Source of the DNA: Dipteris shenzhenensis
Lineage: Eukaryota
Assembly: GCA_047967505.1 (NCBI GenBank)
Contig: CM106538.1
Direction: 5' to 3' (one strand)
DNA length: 64,000 bases
Shown: positions 48,314 to 60,845 of the stretch, in pieces
Layout of the letters: every line of letters starts with the position of its first letter
Numbering within the stretch: the first letter of the stretch is position 1
Made by a program: the position numbers and the translations under genes
Notes under the pieces: generated by a model
The model's input: only the letters and a program-made list of their open reading frames with translations
The model's database searches: none
Told to the model about the DNA's origin: nothing

Positions 48314-50127
48314 TTGTTCTCAAGTAAGGCACGGTTCTCTATCGAAAGCTTCTCCCTAGGTAAGCGCTCCTGCACATGAACACGTGAAGGGGCAGGAGCA
48401 GTCTCATCTGCATATGGAACCAGGATAGGAATGTCTCCTGCCTAAAGAGACGGGTCCGCGGCACCATCAATGGTAGCCTGAGGTGGAACTGGCTCCCCAA
48501 CTCTGACAGGCACCCAACCGAACAGGAAGTGCTAACTACCCTATCCGTGCTAAAGAAGTACAAGGACGAGAGGTTGAAGGCTACGCTAAAGAAGTACCAG
48601 GAGGAGAGGCCGGTCCTAGCTGCGAAGTTGGAGGTCTAGTAGTGTGTGAAGCGGTAGGAGCTGGTCGTGAGGAAGGTCCAGGTCGAGTGAAGCTATGACG
48701 TGCACCCGTGGATTTTTTAGGTCTTTTCTTCTTTCTTTTCCTTGGGCAATCTCTGGCAAAGTGCACAAGGATCCTGCAAATCCTACACTGATCCTGTCTC
48801 CGTGCAATCTCGACTCTCTGTCTTAAGAAGGAGCCATCTCGACGCTGAAGCAAAATGTGGTCATCCGATATGTTAGGGTTGGGGACAATGACCCTAACAC
48901 GCGGTACCCCATCGGACCTGACTGCCTGTGCTACTGTGGAAGGCATCTCAGGGAGAGGGGGGAAGTCGGTGACCACCCCAAAGGCGGCTCCAATGGAATG
49001 TAAAAGTCGATAGTACACCTAAGGAAGGGCATAAATCTGATGAAGAGTGATGTCGTTCGGCTGTCCTCCTCAACACGATCAAACCCCAATGAGAAAGGGG
49101 TCAAAAAAAGCCTCCTGGAGCTCAGTGCTAATGGCTTGGCGTGAAGCACTGTACCTGCTACCTTTGAGGAGTCAAAAACAATCTGGAAGAAACCTCGCCC
49201 AAGCAGACGAACATCTGTGAGGTCCCCTGCGAGGTCTCCAAGTAGAGCAGCGAGCATCCAGTTCTTGGACTGTAACCTAGAAGGGTGGGACCCATGGATG
49301 CGAGTAAAGAGCGATGTCGAGCTCTCCTGCTCTGTATCTTTTTTGAGTTGTTGCAGCTCGTCTTTTGAGAAAATGATGGTTTTCGTGGCCGGAGGAAGCG
49401 GGCGAGGATTGGCTGAAGGCGGAGCCATCGTCAATCGAGGTGGGAACGAGTTCTCGAACATCGTTGAGCTCCGTCCGATTAAAAATGTTGTGTCTGAGGA
49501 GAGGGTGAAGGCTGAAGGGAGAGAAGGGGATGAAGGATGCTAAGGGAGGGGGAGAGAGGAGAGGACTAGGGGTAGGAGAGAAGAGGTGGGAGGGGGGGAG
49601 AGGCTAGGATAGAGGGTAGGAGTAGAGAGAGGATGAGAAGAGAGGCTAGGATGGGGTAGGAGTAGAGAGGAGGAGGGGGAGAGTGGCTAGGCTAGGAGGT
49701 AGTAGTAGAGAGGATGAGGGGCTAGGCAAGGAGGGAGAGGAGAAGGAGCTAGGCAAGGGGTGTAGGGGGGGGAGGAGACCGGCGAGGGAGGCAGAAGTGC
49801 CGCGGGGGGGGGGGGGGGGGGAGGTGTGGCAGGGGAGGAGAGGGCCTGCGGGGGAGGGAGGAGAGGGACGGAGTGAAGAGATGGCTAGCAGGGGAGGGAG
49901 GAGCAGGCCGGGCGAGGGGAGGCACGCCGGCGGGGAGAGGAGGGACAGCGTGAGAGGGAGGAGCAGGCTGGCGAGGAGGGGGAGCTGGCCGCTGGAGAGA
50001 GTCTGTCGAAGGGGGAAGGTAGCGAAGGGGAAGGCTGAGGGTGGAGGCTAGAGGTAGGGGAGAGCTAGGGAGCAGCCGATGGGGCAGCCGTGGGGAGGAG
50101 CAGCAGCCCCTGCTTGGCACTTTTTCT

Positions 50128-50214
50128 GTCATTTCATTATGTCTCTTTTTGAGTATCATTATCTCTCTCCCTAGCCTACCCTCTCTCTCTCTCCCTCTCC
50201 ACCATGTGCCTTCA
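50128..50214 (+). repeat. 3' fragment of LTR family F
   Basis: Matches the ends of the LTRs at 52767-53110 and 57676-58008 (CATTTCATTATGTCTCT…CCACCATGnnCCTTCA). Confidence 0.8.
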
Positions 50215-53200
50215 ATGATCATCCTCCTCTTCAGGATCCCAAGTGTCCTCTCCATTATCGGTCACTAGATGAGCCTCCTCTCCGTCAACAGGTGCTAGAT
50301 GGCCTTGTCTTTTGTGTGAAGGCAATCAGAATCATCATTCTCGTATGCATTGGTGCTTGGATGGCCCTTTGTCTGGTGGAAGCTATGCATGTGTGTCTCC
50401 ATGGCCTGGTCATGTGCTTGAGTCACACAGTTGACCTCGTCAACTCGTTGGTCCAAAGTCACATGGTTGACATCATCATTTTCTTCTCTGGGATGTCTAG
50501 ACACCACCTGTTGATACACGTGGAGATTGTTTTGCAGAGACCAAAGGTTGTGACATGGGTGTTTTTTGGGACCATGGTACTATTGACAGGATCATTAGCA
50601 TCAAAGTCATTGGAGGGACATAACTCCACCATGTTGGCTGACAAGGATCCCAAGGCACCCATCTAATCCAAGATAACAACTTCTTGCTCATTAGGGTCAG
50701 CCTGTTCTAGCAAGCTCTCCTGGTCCTCGAGTGTTTTTGTCTCATAGTTTTCCTCCTGCAAGGGGAATCCTCAACATAGGCCAACTACTAGGCTCTTTGG
50801 GGCCAATCGCCAAGAGCCCAACACTCCTTCTTAACGCCTACGTCTTCTTCATAATCTTCCTCCCCTTCCTACAGTTCAACTAGGCGGTGTTGAGTTGTTC
50901 CTGTGATCATGTCAATCTCCAATGATGTCGACCCTAAGGGCAAGCGCGCTTGATCACTGCCAATCTTGAATGGCCTTAGTAGACCTCAATCACGGCCAGC
51001 CTAGAATTAGAGGGTAGGTTTGTTCATCTTTGGTCATGTCCATGACCACAAAGTTGGACATGAATGTGACCCCACCAATCTTCAGGTGGACATCTTTGAT
51101 CGCTCCCAGCGGCCTTACTCCATGCTCGTCATCCATGCGTACTTCAAAGTGGACATCACTTGTTAGTTTCAAGCCAAGTTCCAGCATTGTCCTTTGGGCA
51201 TAATGTTCATTGCTGCCCCACCATCAAAGAAGGCATCCTAAAGCTGTAGTCCATTTATTTCCACTATGAGTCTAGTACTTTGCTCACATGTGAGGGTAGT
51301 GTACACTGAGCAATGATTGCCTCTTGACCCCTCATGGCCCACTGTGTCTGGAAGTGGAATTGGAACTGCATCCTTATGTCATTCTACTAGTACTAGGAGG
51401 GCATAGATTGGTCATGTGACGACGGAGCACTTTTAGAGGTAGTGACGAGTCTTGTTGGTTCTGTGCCCGTTGAGATTCAATCAGATCCACCAATAGGAGA
51501 AGACATGGCTGATATTTTTGGGGCCACATTGTTCGTTGTCAAGGGAGGGGACGACTTCGTTGAAGACGTCGGCGAGGATGCACTTGTGGTAACAAGGGAG
51601 TACTAGTCGATGATGAGGCCTCTAATTTGCCGGCAGAAGTGTCACCTTTTGTTTGCGACCTTGTAATAGCTCCCAGCACAGCCTAATTAGATGGGGGCTG
51701 TCTTCCTCCCCTGCCACTACATCAATCATGTTGACTTGAGATGATGGCTCCACTATGCCATTAGGACAATCTCGTGTAGTGGTCATTGGTATCGTATTGC
51801 GTACAAGATGGCCCCCCAAACGGTTGTGTACAATCATCTTGGTAGTGGCCATACTCACCACATCTATAGCACATGATAGGTCGCCTTAGCTTAGTTCCCC
51901 TCTGCCTGGACCTCCACAGCCTCCGAGGTAAGACCTTGAAGAACCACTCTTTCATGACAAGATCATTAGGTGGCATGTACATCTTCGCCGCCAAGACCTC
52001 ATTCACGTGTACATTTCATAAATGTTCTCCTCTGGCTTCATAGTGTCCGTGTCTGTGGACAACTCTGGAACAATCGCTTAGGTCTGCCCAAGTTTGAAGT
52101 GATTAGGGGAAAATTGACTGTACCACACGTCTTGTGTTGCATCCTCCAAAGATGAAGGAAAGATATGAAGAGCTAAGGAAAGTTATGGAGAAAATCATTC
52201 TTGTTCTCCACACCTTTGGACTTCCATGCTTTGAGGAATTTTTGGACACGAGCTTCAGCATCATGGAGGTGGCCCTTGAACTTCTGTGTTTTCACGTGGG
52301 CTTTGTTTAGTAGTTCAAGATGTCTCCCTTTCTCCGTGGAACTCGGAACTACCATGGCTGAGACAACACCTTTGCCCAATTGGGACCTGAAGTAGTTACA
52401 ACCATCAAAGGACCTCCCAATTGAGCATCAGTAAGGCTCGGCGCCATAGGGCCATATGGTTGTGAGGTCAAGGGTGAGACAAGGAGCTTTGATAAAGGCC
52501 ACAATGGTTGGTTACTACTGATGTAGCCATGGATGATGGTGCTGGTGCTGAAGGTACTACTACTGCTATAGTAGAAGGTGAGAGTGCTAAAGGATGCCAA
52601 TGTAGACTGGGAGAACATAGGGGATGAAAAACAGGGTGGTACGCAAGGCGCTAAAGGCACCATGGACACAAATCTAAGGGAGGAGAATGTAGAAGGTGGG
52701 GAAGTCAATGATGATGGAAGAGGAGTTGAGAGAGGATGTGACAGAGTGGAGGCTATGAATGATGGGTGTTAGAATATGAAGCCAAGTTGAGTCAGTTTGG
52801 TGTATTCTAGTATGTTCTAGTGTGAATTCTAGTTTAGTTTGTCCTATGGATGCCACGTGTCACATTGGGAGTTATCCCATATGCATAGGTGTTCATATGT
52901 GTGTGTGCGCTCTTATATAAGAGCTGTATTTGTCTAGTGTCAAATCAATCAAGTATCAAGCTACAAGCTCTTTGGTCTACATGTGAATACTTTCATTTTT
53001 TTCATTGCTCTTGCTATTTCATTTCCATTTCATTATGTCTCTCTTTGAGCATTATTATCTCCCCCCCTAGCCTACCCTCTCTCTCTCTCCCTCTCCACCA
53101 TGCCCCTTCAATTGGTAAGTAGGGAAGGATAGAGAGTGTGGAAAAGACAATGCAACAGATGTGACAGAGTGGAAGCTATGAATGATGGGTAAGCAGGGAA

Positions 53201-53800
53201 GGACAGAGATAGTGAAAAAGTTAATTGAGCGGAAAGAGGAGGTAAAACATTCATGGAAGGTAGAGACACAGGAGCGAAATGAGAATGAAGAGGTGCCATG
53301 GATGTAGAGGCTAGACTAGGGATGAAACCGGGGTTGTGCATAAGAGATGGCATGGCACCTTAACCAGTCTGTTTTGTGGAGTTGGATGCTGACACAGTGG
53401 CCAACCCCATAGATGATGTTGTTGATGAAGACATAAATGCGAGAGGGGAGAAGATGTTGTCTTGAACTATACGAGCTTCGGATGAACCCTCGTCCTTAGT
53501 TCCTTCTTCATTCACTTGTTTTGCTGCTTTGCACCTCTTGTTTCCCTTTAGAGTCCCGATTTGACCACCACGGATCTTGCCGGTCCAAGTCAATGAGAGC
53601 TTCGATCAACTTGCTTGCTCTGGCACGACTATGCCGATGGGTTCACTTTGTGGTCTGCTGGACGACTTCTCCAACTTCCGTCGCAGGTAATGCTCCTTAT
53701 ACCGTGTTTGATCTATAGGGAGCCTTCTCTCCACTCTTCTCAAGTACCCTCTCTCTCTCTCACTTGCTCCCTAAAGGGTGTCAGAACTGCTTGGCATAAG
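50215..53800 (-). pseudogene. Degenerate Ty3/gypsy gag-protease relic
   Basis: Zn knuckle CYRCGEYGHYQDDC (~51850); aspartic protease FDGGAAMNIM…GVRPLGAIKDV…YPLILGWP (50990-51240); boundaries uncertain. Confidence 0.6.
52767..53110 (+). repeat. Solo LTR, family F
   Basis: TGTTAG…TTCA; flanks ATGGG/ATTGG (4 of 5 match); no internal domain. Confidence 0.85.
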
Positions 53801-53949
53801 ATCTCTCTCTTAAGGCCCTAAAACACCACTTCACTATTTGCTGTTCAACACCAGCAGTGTCCCATTGTGATTGCCATAAACTATATGAGGGATGGTCCGA
53901 TCACTTCTGGAGGTATTACTGGAGGCCAAGGGCCACTGATGTGAGAAGA

Positions 53950-56900
53950 GAGGAGTATCTTTGACAACATCTTCTCATTTTGGGAAGCTTTTGACTGGGC
54001 CATGCATAATGGCCACAGGCTGGCTTTTCTACTCCTAGACTTTGAGAAAGCTTATGACAGGGTAGACTCGGGCTTTATGGAGGACACACTTACTTGCATG
54101 GATTAGAGGGGTGTCAGCCCTCTACAGATGAGCCCACAACTAGGTTCTTATTGGTGGAGTCAAGGGGGACAGGTTTGAGATTACTAGATCAGTCTACCAA
54201 GGATGCCCTCTAGCTCCCTTTCTGTTCTTATTTGTGGCTGAAGCTGTAAGCTATTACATTAGAGCTCAAGCTGATATTCTAGGAGTCAGACTTCAATTGA
54301 GGCAGGAGGATGAGCTCTTGGACAGTGAGTTGGCAGATGATACGGCTGTTTTTTTGGATGCCACTCCACAGACACTGAATTCATTCAAGACGGCGTTGGA
54401 TTTGTTTGGCATTGCGGCAGGTGCATACATTAATTGGAACAAATCCAATGGCTTTTGGATCAGTGATGAGGACACTCTAGACTGGGGGAATGAAATAGGG
54501 CTCACTTGGATTCAAAGGGGTGTTTCCGTCATATATCTGGGATGCCAAGTTGGGATGGACATCTCTCCAACACAGCAGTTTGCTCCCGTGTTGGAAAGTA
54601 TCAGGAGGAAACTCATCTTTGGAGTTCTGCCATACTTGACCTTGCATCCAGAAGTGTGACTGTGAACCAGGTATTATTGGCCACTGCCTGGTTCGTTTTC
54701 TCTAATTGGTGCAGGTCTAGAGGTTGTATCGCTTAGCTCATGAGACCTAGCACTGAATTCATTCAGGATAGCATTGGATTTGTTTTACATTGCGGCAGGT
54801 GCACACATAAATTGGAACAAATCCAATTGTTTTTGGATCAGTGATGAGGACACTCCAGTCTGGGGGATTGACATAGGGTTCACTTGGATTCAGAGGGGAG
54901 TTTCCGACAGGTATCTGGGATGCCAGGTTGGGGTGGGCATCTCTCTGGCACAGTAGTTCGCTCCCGTGTTGGAGAGTATCGGGAGGAAACTCATCTTTTG
55001 GAGTTCACCCAGACTTGACCTTGCATCCTGAGTTGTAGTTGTGAACCAGGTCTTATTGGCCACTGCGTGGTTTGTTTGCTCATGTTGGTGCAGATCTAGA
55101 GGTTGTATTGCTCTGCTAATGAGACCTATCAGGAACTTCCTATGGAGTGGCTTAGATGGCAACTCAAATGTTGTAGCCATGGTGGCTTAGGAGACCCTCA
55201 TTCTCCCCACAGGAGAAGGAGGTCTCAATATTATTGACCCGAACTTGCAGTGTATGGCCTTGATCTGCAAGTTTGTACCACGTGGATTGATGCTGGATAG
55301 GAACCCTGGAAAGATTTTTTCTCACGCAGCATTCATTCTTGTACTCCATCTCATGGGGGAGATTGGATGGACATCATCAGATGGATCTTTACTTCAGTCC
55401 ATCTTAAATCTCCCCCTTCCCCTCTCATGGCTGCTATTCTGAAAGCTTGGGGCAGCTTCAGAAACACTCTTCATGTAGTTCCACCCACCTCTCATGAATT
55501 AATTCACAGGAAGCCAGTCATGTGGAATGACTCAATATTGGATGACCATGGCAGGCCACTTGGAGTGTCACACTATATGCAGTGGTCTAGATGGGAGAGG
55601 GGACCTGCTTCTTCAATAGGTGCCTGGCAGGCCTTTAGGAGACTTCCAGAGGATCAGAGACTCTTAGTAGTTGGCCACCTCAGAGGGAGTGCAGTCAGGA
55701 TACAGCAGATAGAGGCAGCCGTTCCGACAGAGCGGATAGACACAGATGACATGCCCATCACAGAGTCCACTTGGTGGGGAGCATTCTCACAGGGACAAGC
55801 ATTCCTTTTCAGGTTCTTGCCCTGTGGGATGCACATGAGGATACCCTAGTCTTTGATTGTTCAGTCAGAAGGCAAACTTACCAGATCTTCTGATGATATT
55901 CTTTTGGAGGTTGCATGTTAGCGTGTCACGATTGCAAATTTCATGGAATGGGGCACGGACTCATAGTGGTATCTTGACCCCGATCCTCTTCTCCCTTCGC
56001 TGGGGTCTTGGAGACTCTGGTTATACAGTGGTTCCCCTATTAGGTTCCTGCAGTGGGACCCAGGGGATAGGATTGATGAGGGGCACCAAGAGAAGAGCAT
56101 CCCCTTCTTTTGTTATACAGTCAGAAATGCACGGAGTTTTCAGCTCAACAGTAGAGGTTGGAGGTTCTCCAGAGCCCCTCATTGGGATAGTTTTCAGATT
56201 TCTGCAGTTGTGCGGAAAAACTTTTGGCATAGGCTGTGGAAATCCCTCATGAATAGAAAGATCACTCTTTTCTTTTGGCTTTCTATTCATGGAGGGATTG
56301 CAGTGAACCTGTGGAGATCCAAGTTTGGGGCTGACCCTACTTGTCCTCTTTGCCACATAGCAGTCGAGTCAGTACTGCATTGCCTTTGGGAGTGCAGACA
56401 GGCGAGGACGATTTGGAAAGGTGTTGCTAGGATTTTCAGCATCTTTGATATTGCACCTTTCTATATGACCTTGGGTTCAGTAGCATGGTTATCTCTTACT
56501 GGCCCTCAGGTGTTCTTCGTGGGACATGATCCAGATCCAACTCTCATTGTACGGAGACACTCAGTGGAGTCTTGTTCCCTTCAGGATGTTCCCTTCACTC
56601 GTTTCAGAGCTGCTCATGCCTTAGTTGACACATCATGGGAGATTCTCGCTAGCATTGCAGCTTGGCATATTTGGAGAGCTAGGTGTACAGAGGTGATGGA
56701 GGATACCCAGGTTCATCTCTCTCAGGCTATGGCCAGTATTTGGATCAACATAGTACACACTCTGATGGCCATCTAGGCGAGCATGCAGGTATCAACCACT
56801 ACCAGGAGAGTTCCTTTCTTCTCTGAGTCTCCCTTAGGGTTGAGGTGGCATTTTCAGCCTTCGCCTTGGTTTTTTATTAGCTCCTTTTCAGCTGTTTTTT

Positions 56901-56994
56901 TCCTATGCATGATGTGTTCCCGCATTTGAGCTTGCTCTCGCGGTTTTCATTCATACTTAATGAAGTAATTTTCTTGAAAAAAATAAAAATAAAA
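53950..56994 (+). mobile_element. 5'-truncated L1 with an internal ~378-bp duplication
   Basis: RT (LLLDFEKAYD, LDSELADDT), zf-RVT CPLCH…HCLWEC, family 3' UTR and A-rich tail. Confidence 0.9.
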
Positions 56995-57083
56995 TTGAAT
57001 GTATGCCATAAAATTTGATTGAACAATTCATAGCTTGACATTCAAAGGCCATGCGTCAAGTTTCTAGTATTTAAGTTTCTTTT

Positions 57084-58100
57084 TCAGTTTTGCCAAAACC
57101 CAATCAAATTGTTGTCAACGAGTGATCTTCCAACCAAGAGGATAACCCAAATGACGAACCAGCTGATTTGGTTGGACAATTTGGGTGAGAGTATACCGTG
57201 GCCAACCACTAAAGGAAGAACAGAATCTAAAACTGAAATGCATGTTCCTTCTTTGGTGCCCAAAGCCAAAAACCAAAATGTATGACCAGAGAGGAATTTA
57301 CTGAACTTTGTACAATCACTAGCATCTAGATTGTGTTCATGAATAAAGAGTATAGCAATAGGACTCCCAATAACACCTTGATTAAGATGATTATGAATCA
57401 ACTGCCTTCGGTGGTGATGAGGCACACCATCGAGGCGTTGAACGTTCCAGGTGACAATCTTCATCGCCGTGATGAAGATGAGTGAAAGACCTTACCTCAA
57501 CTGGTAGCGGAAAATAATTCCCTCCTACACATAAGGTGTCCTACCATAATGTTGCTGCTGCAGAGGAGGGAAATCTCCACAAGGGAAAGCACTCCCACAC
57601 TTGTGGATGGTGATACACTATCAACATGAACACCAAGAACCACGTTACCAATCGAAGAAGGCATAATCTCCTCCTTGTTAGGAAATGGAGTCAAGATGAG
57701 TCAGTTTGGTGTGTTCTATTGTGAGTTCTAGTCTATTGTGTCCTATGGATGCCACTGTCACATTGGGAGTTATTCCATATGCATTGGTGTTCATATGTGT
57801 GTGTGTGCTCTATATAGGAGTTGTACTTGTCTAGTGTCAAATCAATCAAGTATCAAGCCTACAAGCTCTTTGGTCTACATGTGAGTACTTTCATTTTTTT
57901 CATTGCTCTTGCTATTTCATTTCCATTTCATTATGTCTCTCTTTGAGTATTATTATCTGTCTCACTAGCCTACCCTCTCTCTCTCTCCCTCTCCACCATG
58001 CACCTTCATTCCTTACCAATATCAACCAGAGGAGAGAAGGAGTTTCTATGGAAACATTATGGCTTCGGAACCCGATCAAGAAATGAGGACTGCAGAGGTG
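57084..58100 (-). mobile_element. L1 fragment (ORF1 end and APE start) interrupted by a solo LTR
   Basis: MKIVTWNVQRLDGVPHHH…IHEHNLD, homologous to the APE start at ~47700. Confidence 0.7.
57676..58008 (+). repeat. Solo LTR, family F
   Basis: TGTTAG…TTCA; flanks CTCCT/TTCCT (4 of 5 match); similar along its length to 52767-53110. Confidence 0.85.
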
Positions 58101-58559
58101 ATGTGGAGGGGGGCTGTGAGATGGATTCTCGTCCGATTTCACTCTAGTATGCACATCCTTGTTGTCGCCTCCACCAGCATGAGTATTGACCTTTGAGTGT
58201 TTTCCATTCCATCTCTTCTTCCTCTTCTGTTTCACGCTTGCACTATCACTGGAACCACAATCCCCTCTGCACTCATTTCCTAGTTGTCACCATCACCTTG
58301 CGATCCATTGCACCGTCACTTTCAATGAAGTTGCTGGTAGTTTCGCATCAACACCCACAGTTGCAAGTATTATGTGCTCCTTGCATCTCACACCAGTGGC
58401 CTTTGGTCTCCGGTATCACCTCCAGAACATATCAGAGCTCCCCTAGACACAAGGTTAGAACAGAATGCCATAGGTTAACACTAGCCATGTCATGTCCATA
58501 CGTGGACATAACAGTTGGTGATCTAGAAAGAGCCCTGGATCCTTGACCAAGTAGCCATC

Positions 58560-59260
58560 AATGTGTGCACAATATCCATCAAGATGCAGCAAAGGGTCTA
58601 AAAGGGATGAGATGTACGCTGTCTAATACCTCTGTGAGTATTAGTTCCTGGCACATCTAGAGGTAGACGACCAATTATCTCCCAGTTTGTATTCAAAGGA
58701 GCTCGGGGGCTTGGAATTCGAGATATAGGAACTGCACATATTAGACAGAAAGTAATAATATGAAGGTGGACCTTTATAGCCCAAGATGAGTTCATGCTTT
58801 CAAGAAGTACATGAGGCCCAATCAAGAACATTCTGGATACCGAACCTCAAGTAAGGTATAAAGTTGAAGGGATGAATCTACTCATAGCCCTGCAATCTTA
58901 GCCCAAATATTGCTGGCCTGTTTGCATTCTTAAGGCAATGCTGGATAGACTCTGAGGGATGTAAGCGCTATAGACATGAGGGATTTGCTCCAAAAGTCTC
59001 CCTCCACGTTTAGATTTCTGTGAGAAATTCTATATGCACCAGACCCAAGTATTTCACAAGATCACAAAGCGTGCAAGGGCTTAGAAGTTTCTCCAAATCT
59101 CCCACTAAAACATCTCTCCATAGGTCATAGAATCTGATTGGGCGGGTGACTATGATGATCGATGCTCCATTCCATAGTATTCTCACTAGGATTGCTCGCA
59201 TATCATCGCTTGATAGGAACAACCAATACTGGTTTCTTGGGTATTTCATCCCTTCCATGG
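58560..59260 (-). pseudogene. Highly degenerate gypsy-like RT/RH relic
   Basis: Weak motifs only (…AMSRFIP…, FYDLWRDVL…). Confidence 0.35.
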
Positions 59261-60665
59261 AGGGGGCCGTTTAAGGATATTTCAATGAATGGTCATGTAG
59301 GTTGATCATAGTAGGGTCAACCCATGAATTGGTGCTTAGTAATTCTTACCCTAATTGAGGTAAGCTGTCTTATATGAATTGTTGCTTAGTAATTCTCAGC
59401 CTAATTAAGGTAAGCTGTCTTATATGATTTGTTGTGACATGTCATTATTCCACATCATCATCTCTTTAGGGTTAGTTTTGGGTTCATATATGAGTGCTAA
59501 TGCCTTTGTATTGTCACTTTTGGTGTCTGAGTTGTGGAAGCACTGGTAGCTTTCATTGTGCACTCTTTTAAGTTCTCTTCTTCCTTTTAGTGAGGCTTTG
59601 TGAAAGAGGCAAAAAAGGGCTGCGATGAGGCTGACGTTGTGCTGGGTGTGTGAGTGGCAAGAATTGAATAGAGGGGAAGAAAGGTGGGAGGGAGCTGTAT
59701 AGGAGGTGGACAATGGATCAATGATGACAAGGAGGCAATGTGTCAAGAGCACGCGTAGCATGAGCTGCTTGACCAGAATGTGGGGAAAAGATTGATGCAA
59801 CTTGTATGATCTTGTTGAAGCCTTGCACTTGCTTTGTAGGTGCCTCCTAAACTAGAGCTGATGCGTTTGTCACAATTTTTTCCTCCTTGCACAAAGCAAG
59901 TCGGCATAGGCATGGCCTAGAAAAGGGAGGCTTGGCCAAATGATCCATACGATGGACCAAACATGATTTCATTAGATGACTTCATGGGTGACCAGGTGAC
60001 TTTTCTGGTTGACTTCTGGGGTGACTTCATAGTGACTTTTTCCGTGACTTTAGGGACTCAGTGGGCAATCTTTTGGTTACTAGTTAGTGACATTGTGGAG
60101 GACTTCATGGGAGACTTGGTCAAGGACTTGATGGGTGAGAAGTCACCGACATAAACCGATGGCTCTCTAGGCCACTTCGATGATGACTTTCTTGATGGGT
60201 TTGATAACGATTTTCTTGATGATTTCTTGACGACTTTCAAGATCATTTCCTAGGTGAGAACCATGGTAATTTCTGTAGAAAATTGGTGAGAACCATGGTA
60301 ATTTCTGTGGACCCCAATTTTCTACATATTTACAATGTAGCTAAGTTGATTTTGATGGTTACTATGTACTTCTATTGTTTCATACATCATTTGCACAGAA
60401 CCCTCTAGGTTCTAAGTTTGATACTACTTTGTATGGAGGGGCACTCCTGAATCCATTTTCAAGAGTGGTTCGTCTGTGTTAAGATGCCTCTAGGCTTGGA
60501 TACACACTTGAGCGCAAATTTAAGATGGTAGAGAAAGTGGGATGATGGTGGATAAAGTAACCCTAGTTTCTGGATGTTCAATGTTTGAAGCTATACTGGT
60601 TAAGTAAATGACAGGTTGGTAGCACATTTTTTCCCTGATTGCTACTTTTTGTGTATTGGATTTAG

Positions 60666-60713
60666 GTGACGAGATTGTACAAGGAGAAAGACTATGCGGA
60701 GATGGAGTTTGTG
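60666..60713 (+). CDS. GH38 alpha-mannosidase, internal exon f
   Basis: tttag|…|gtaaag; VTRLYKEKDYAEMEFV (conserved xTRLYKxKxxAExEF). Confidence 0.9.
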
Positions 60714-60845
60714 GTAAAGACAAATTTATGCTTGCATTCTTCTATCTTATTTGTGTTTTGAAAGGAGTAGATTGCTAGAATGCAATAAGCATTGCATCCT
60801 TCCATTCCCCAGTATTTTTTATGGCTTGAAGTATACAATATACAG

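Larger units (their letters stand above)
27698..50110 (-). mobile_element. L1-clade LINE (27698-30159 and 46141-50110) split by the copia B/C/D nest
   Basis: Poly-T at 27698-27709; the RT frame SLTEGLIH|LIPKGG continues across the copia B TSD; APE (MRIVSWNI, IGGNFN); ORF1 with CRICRILVHFARDC; CT-rich 5' UTR 49500-50110. Confidence 0.9.
12496..60665 (+). other. 48,170-bp GT-AG phase-0 intron of the alpha-mannosidase gene
   Basis: Joins …SPWIHQ to VTRLYKEK…, which are adjacent segments in GH38 proteins. Confidence 0.8.

Noticed and set aside
49683-50268. Gly/Arg- and Pro-rich ORFs
   Set aside because: Low-complexity L1 5' UTR; no recognisable domain.
52767-58008. The two F LTRs as the ends of one LTR element
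   Set aside because: Each has its own TSD, and the sequence between them is unrelated gypsy and L1 material without a PBS or PPT.
59324-59427. 50-bp two-copy tandem repeat
   Set aside because: Ordinary local duplication with no further structure.
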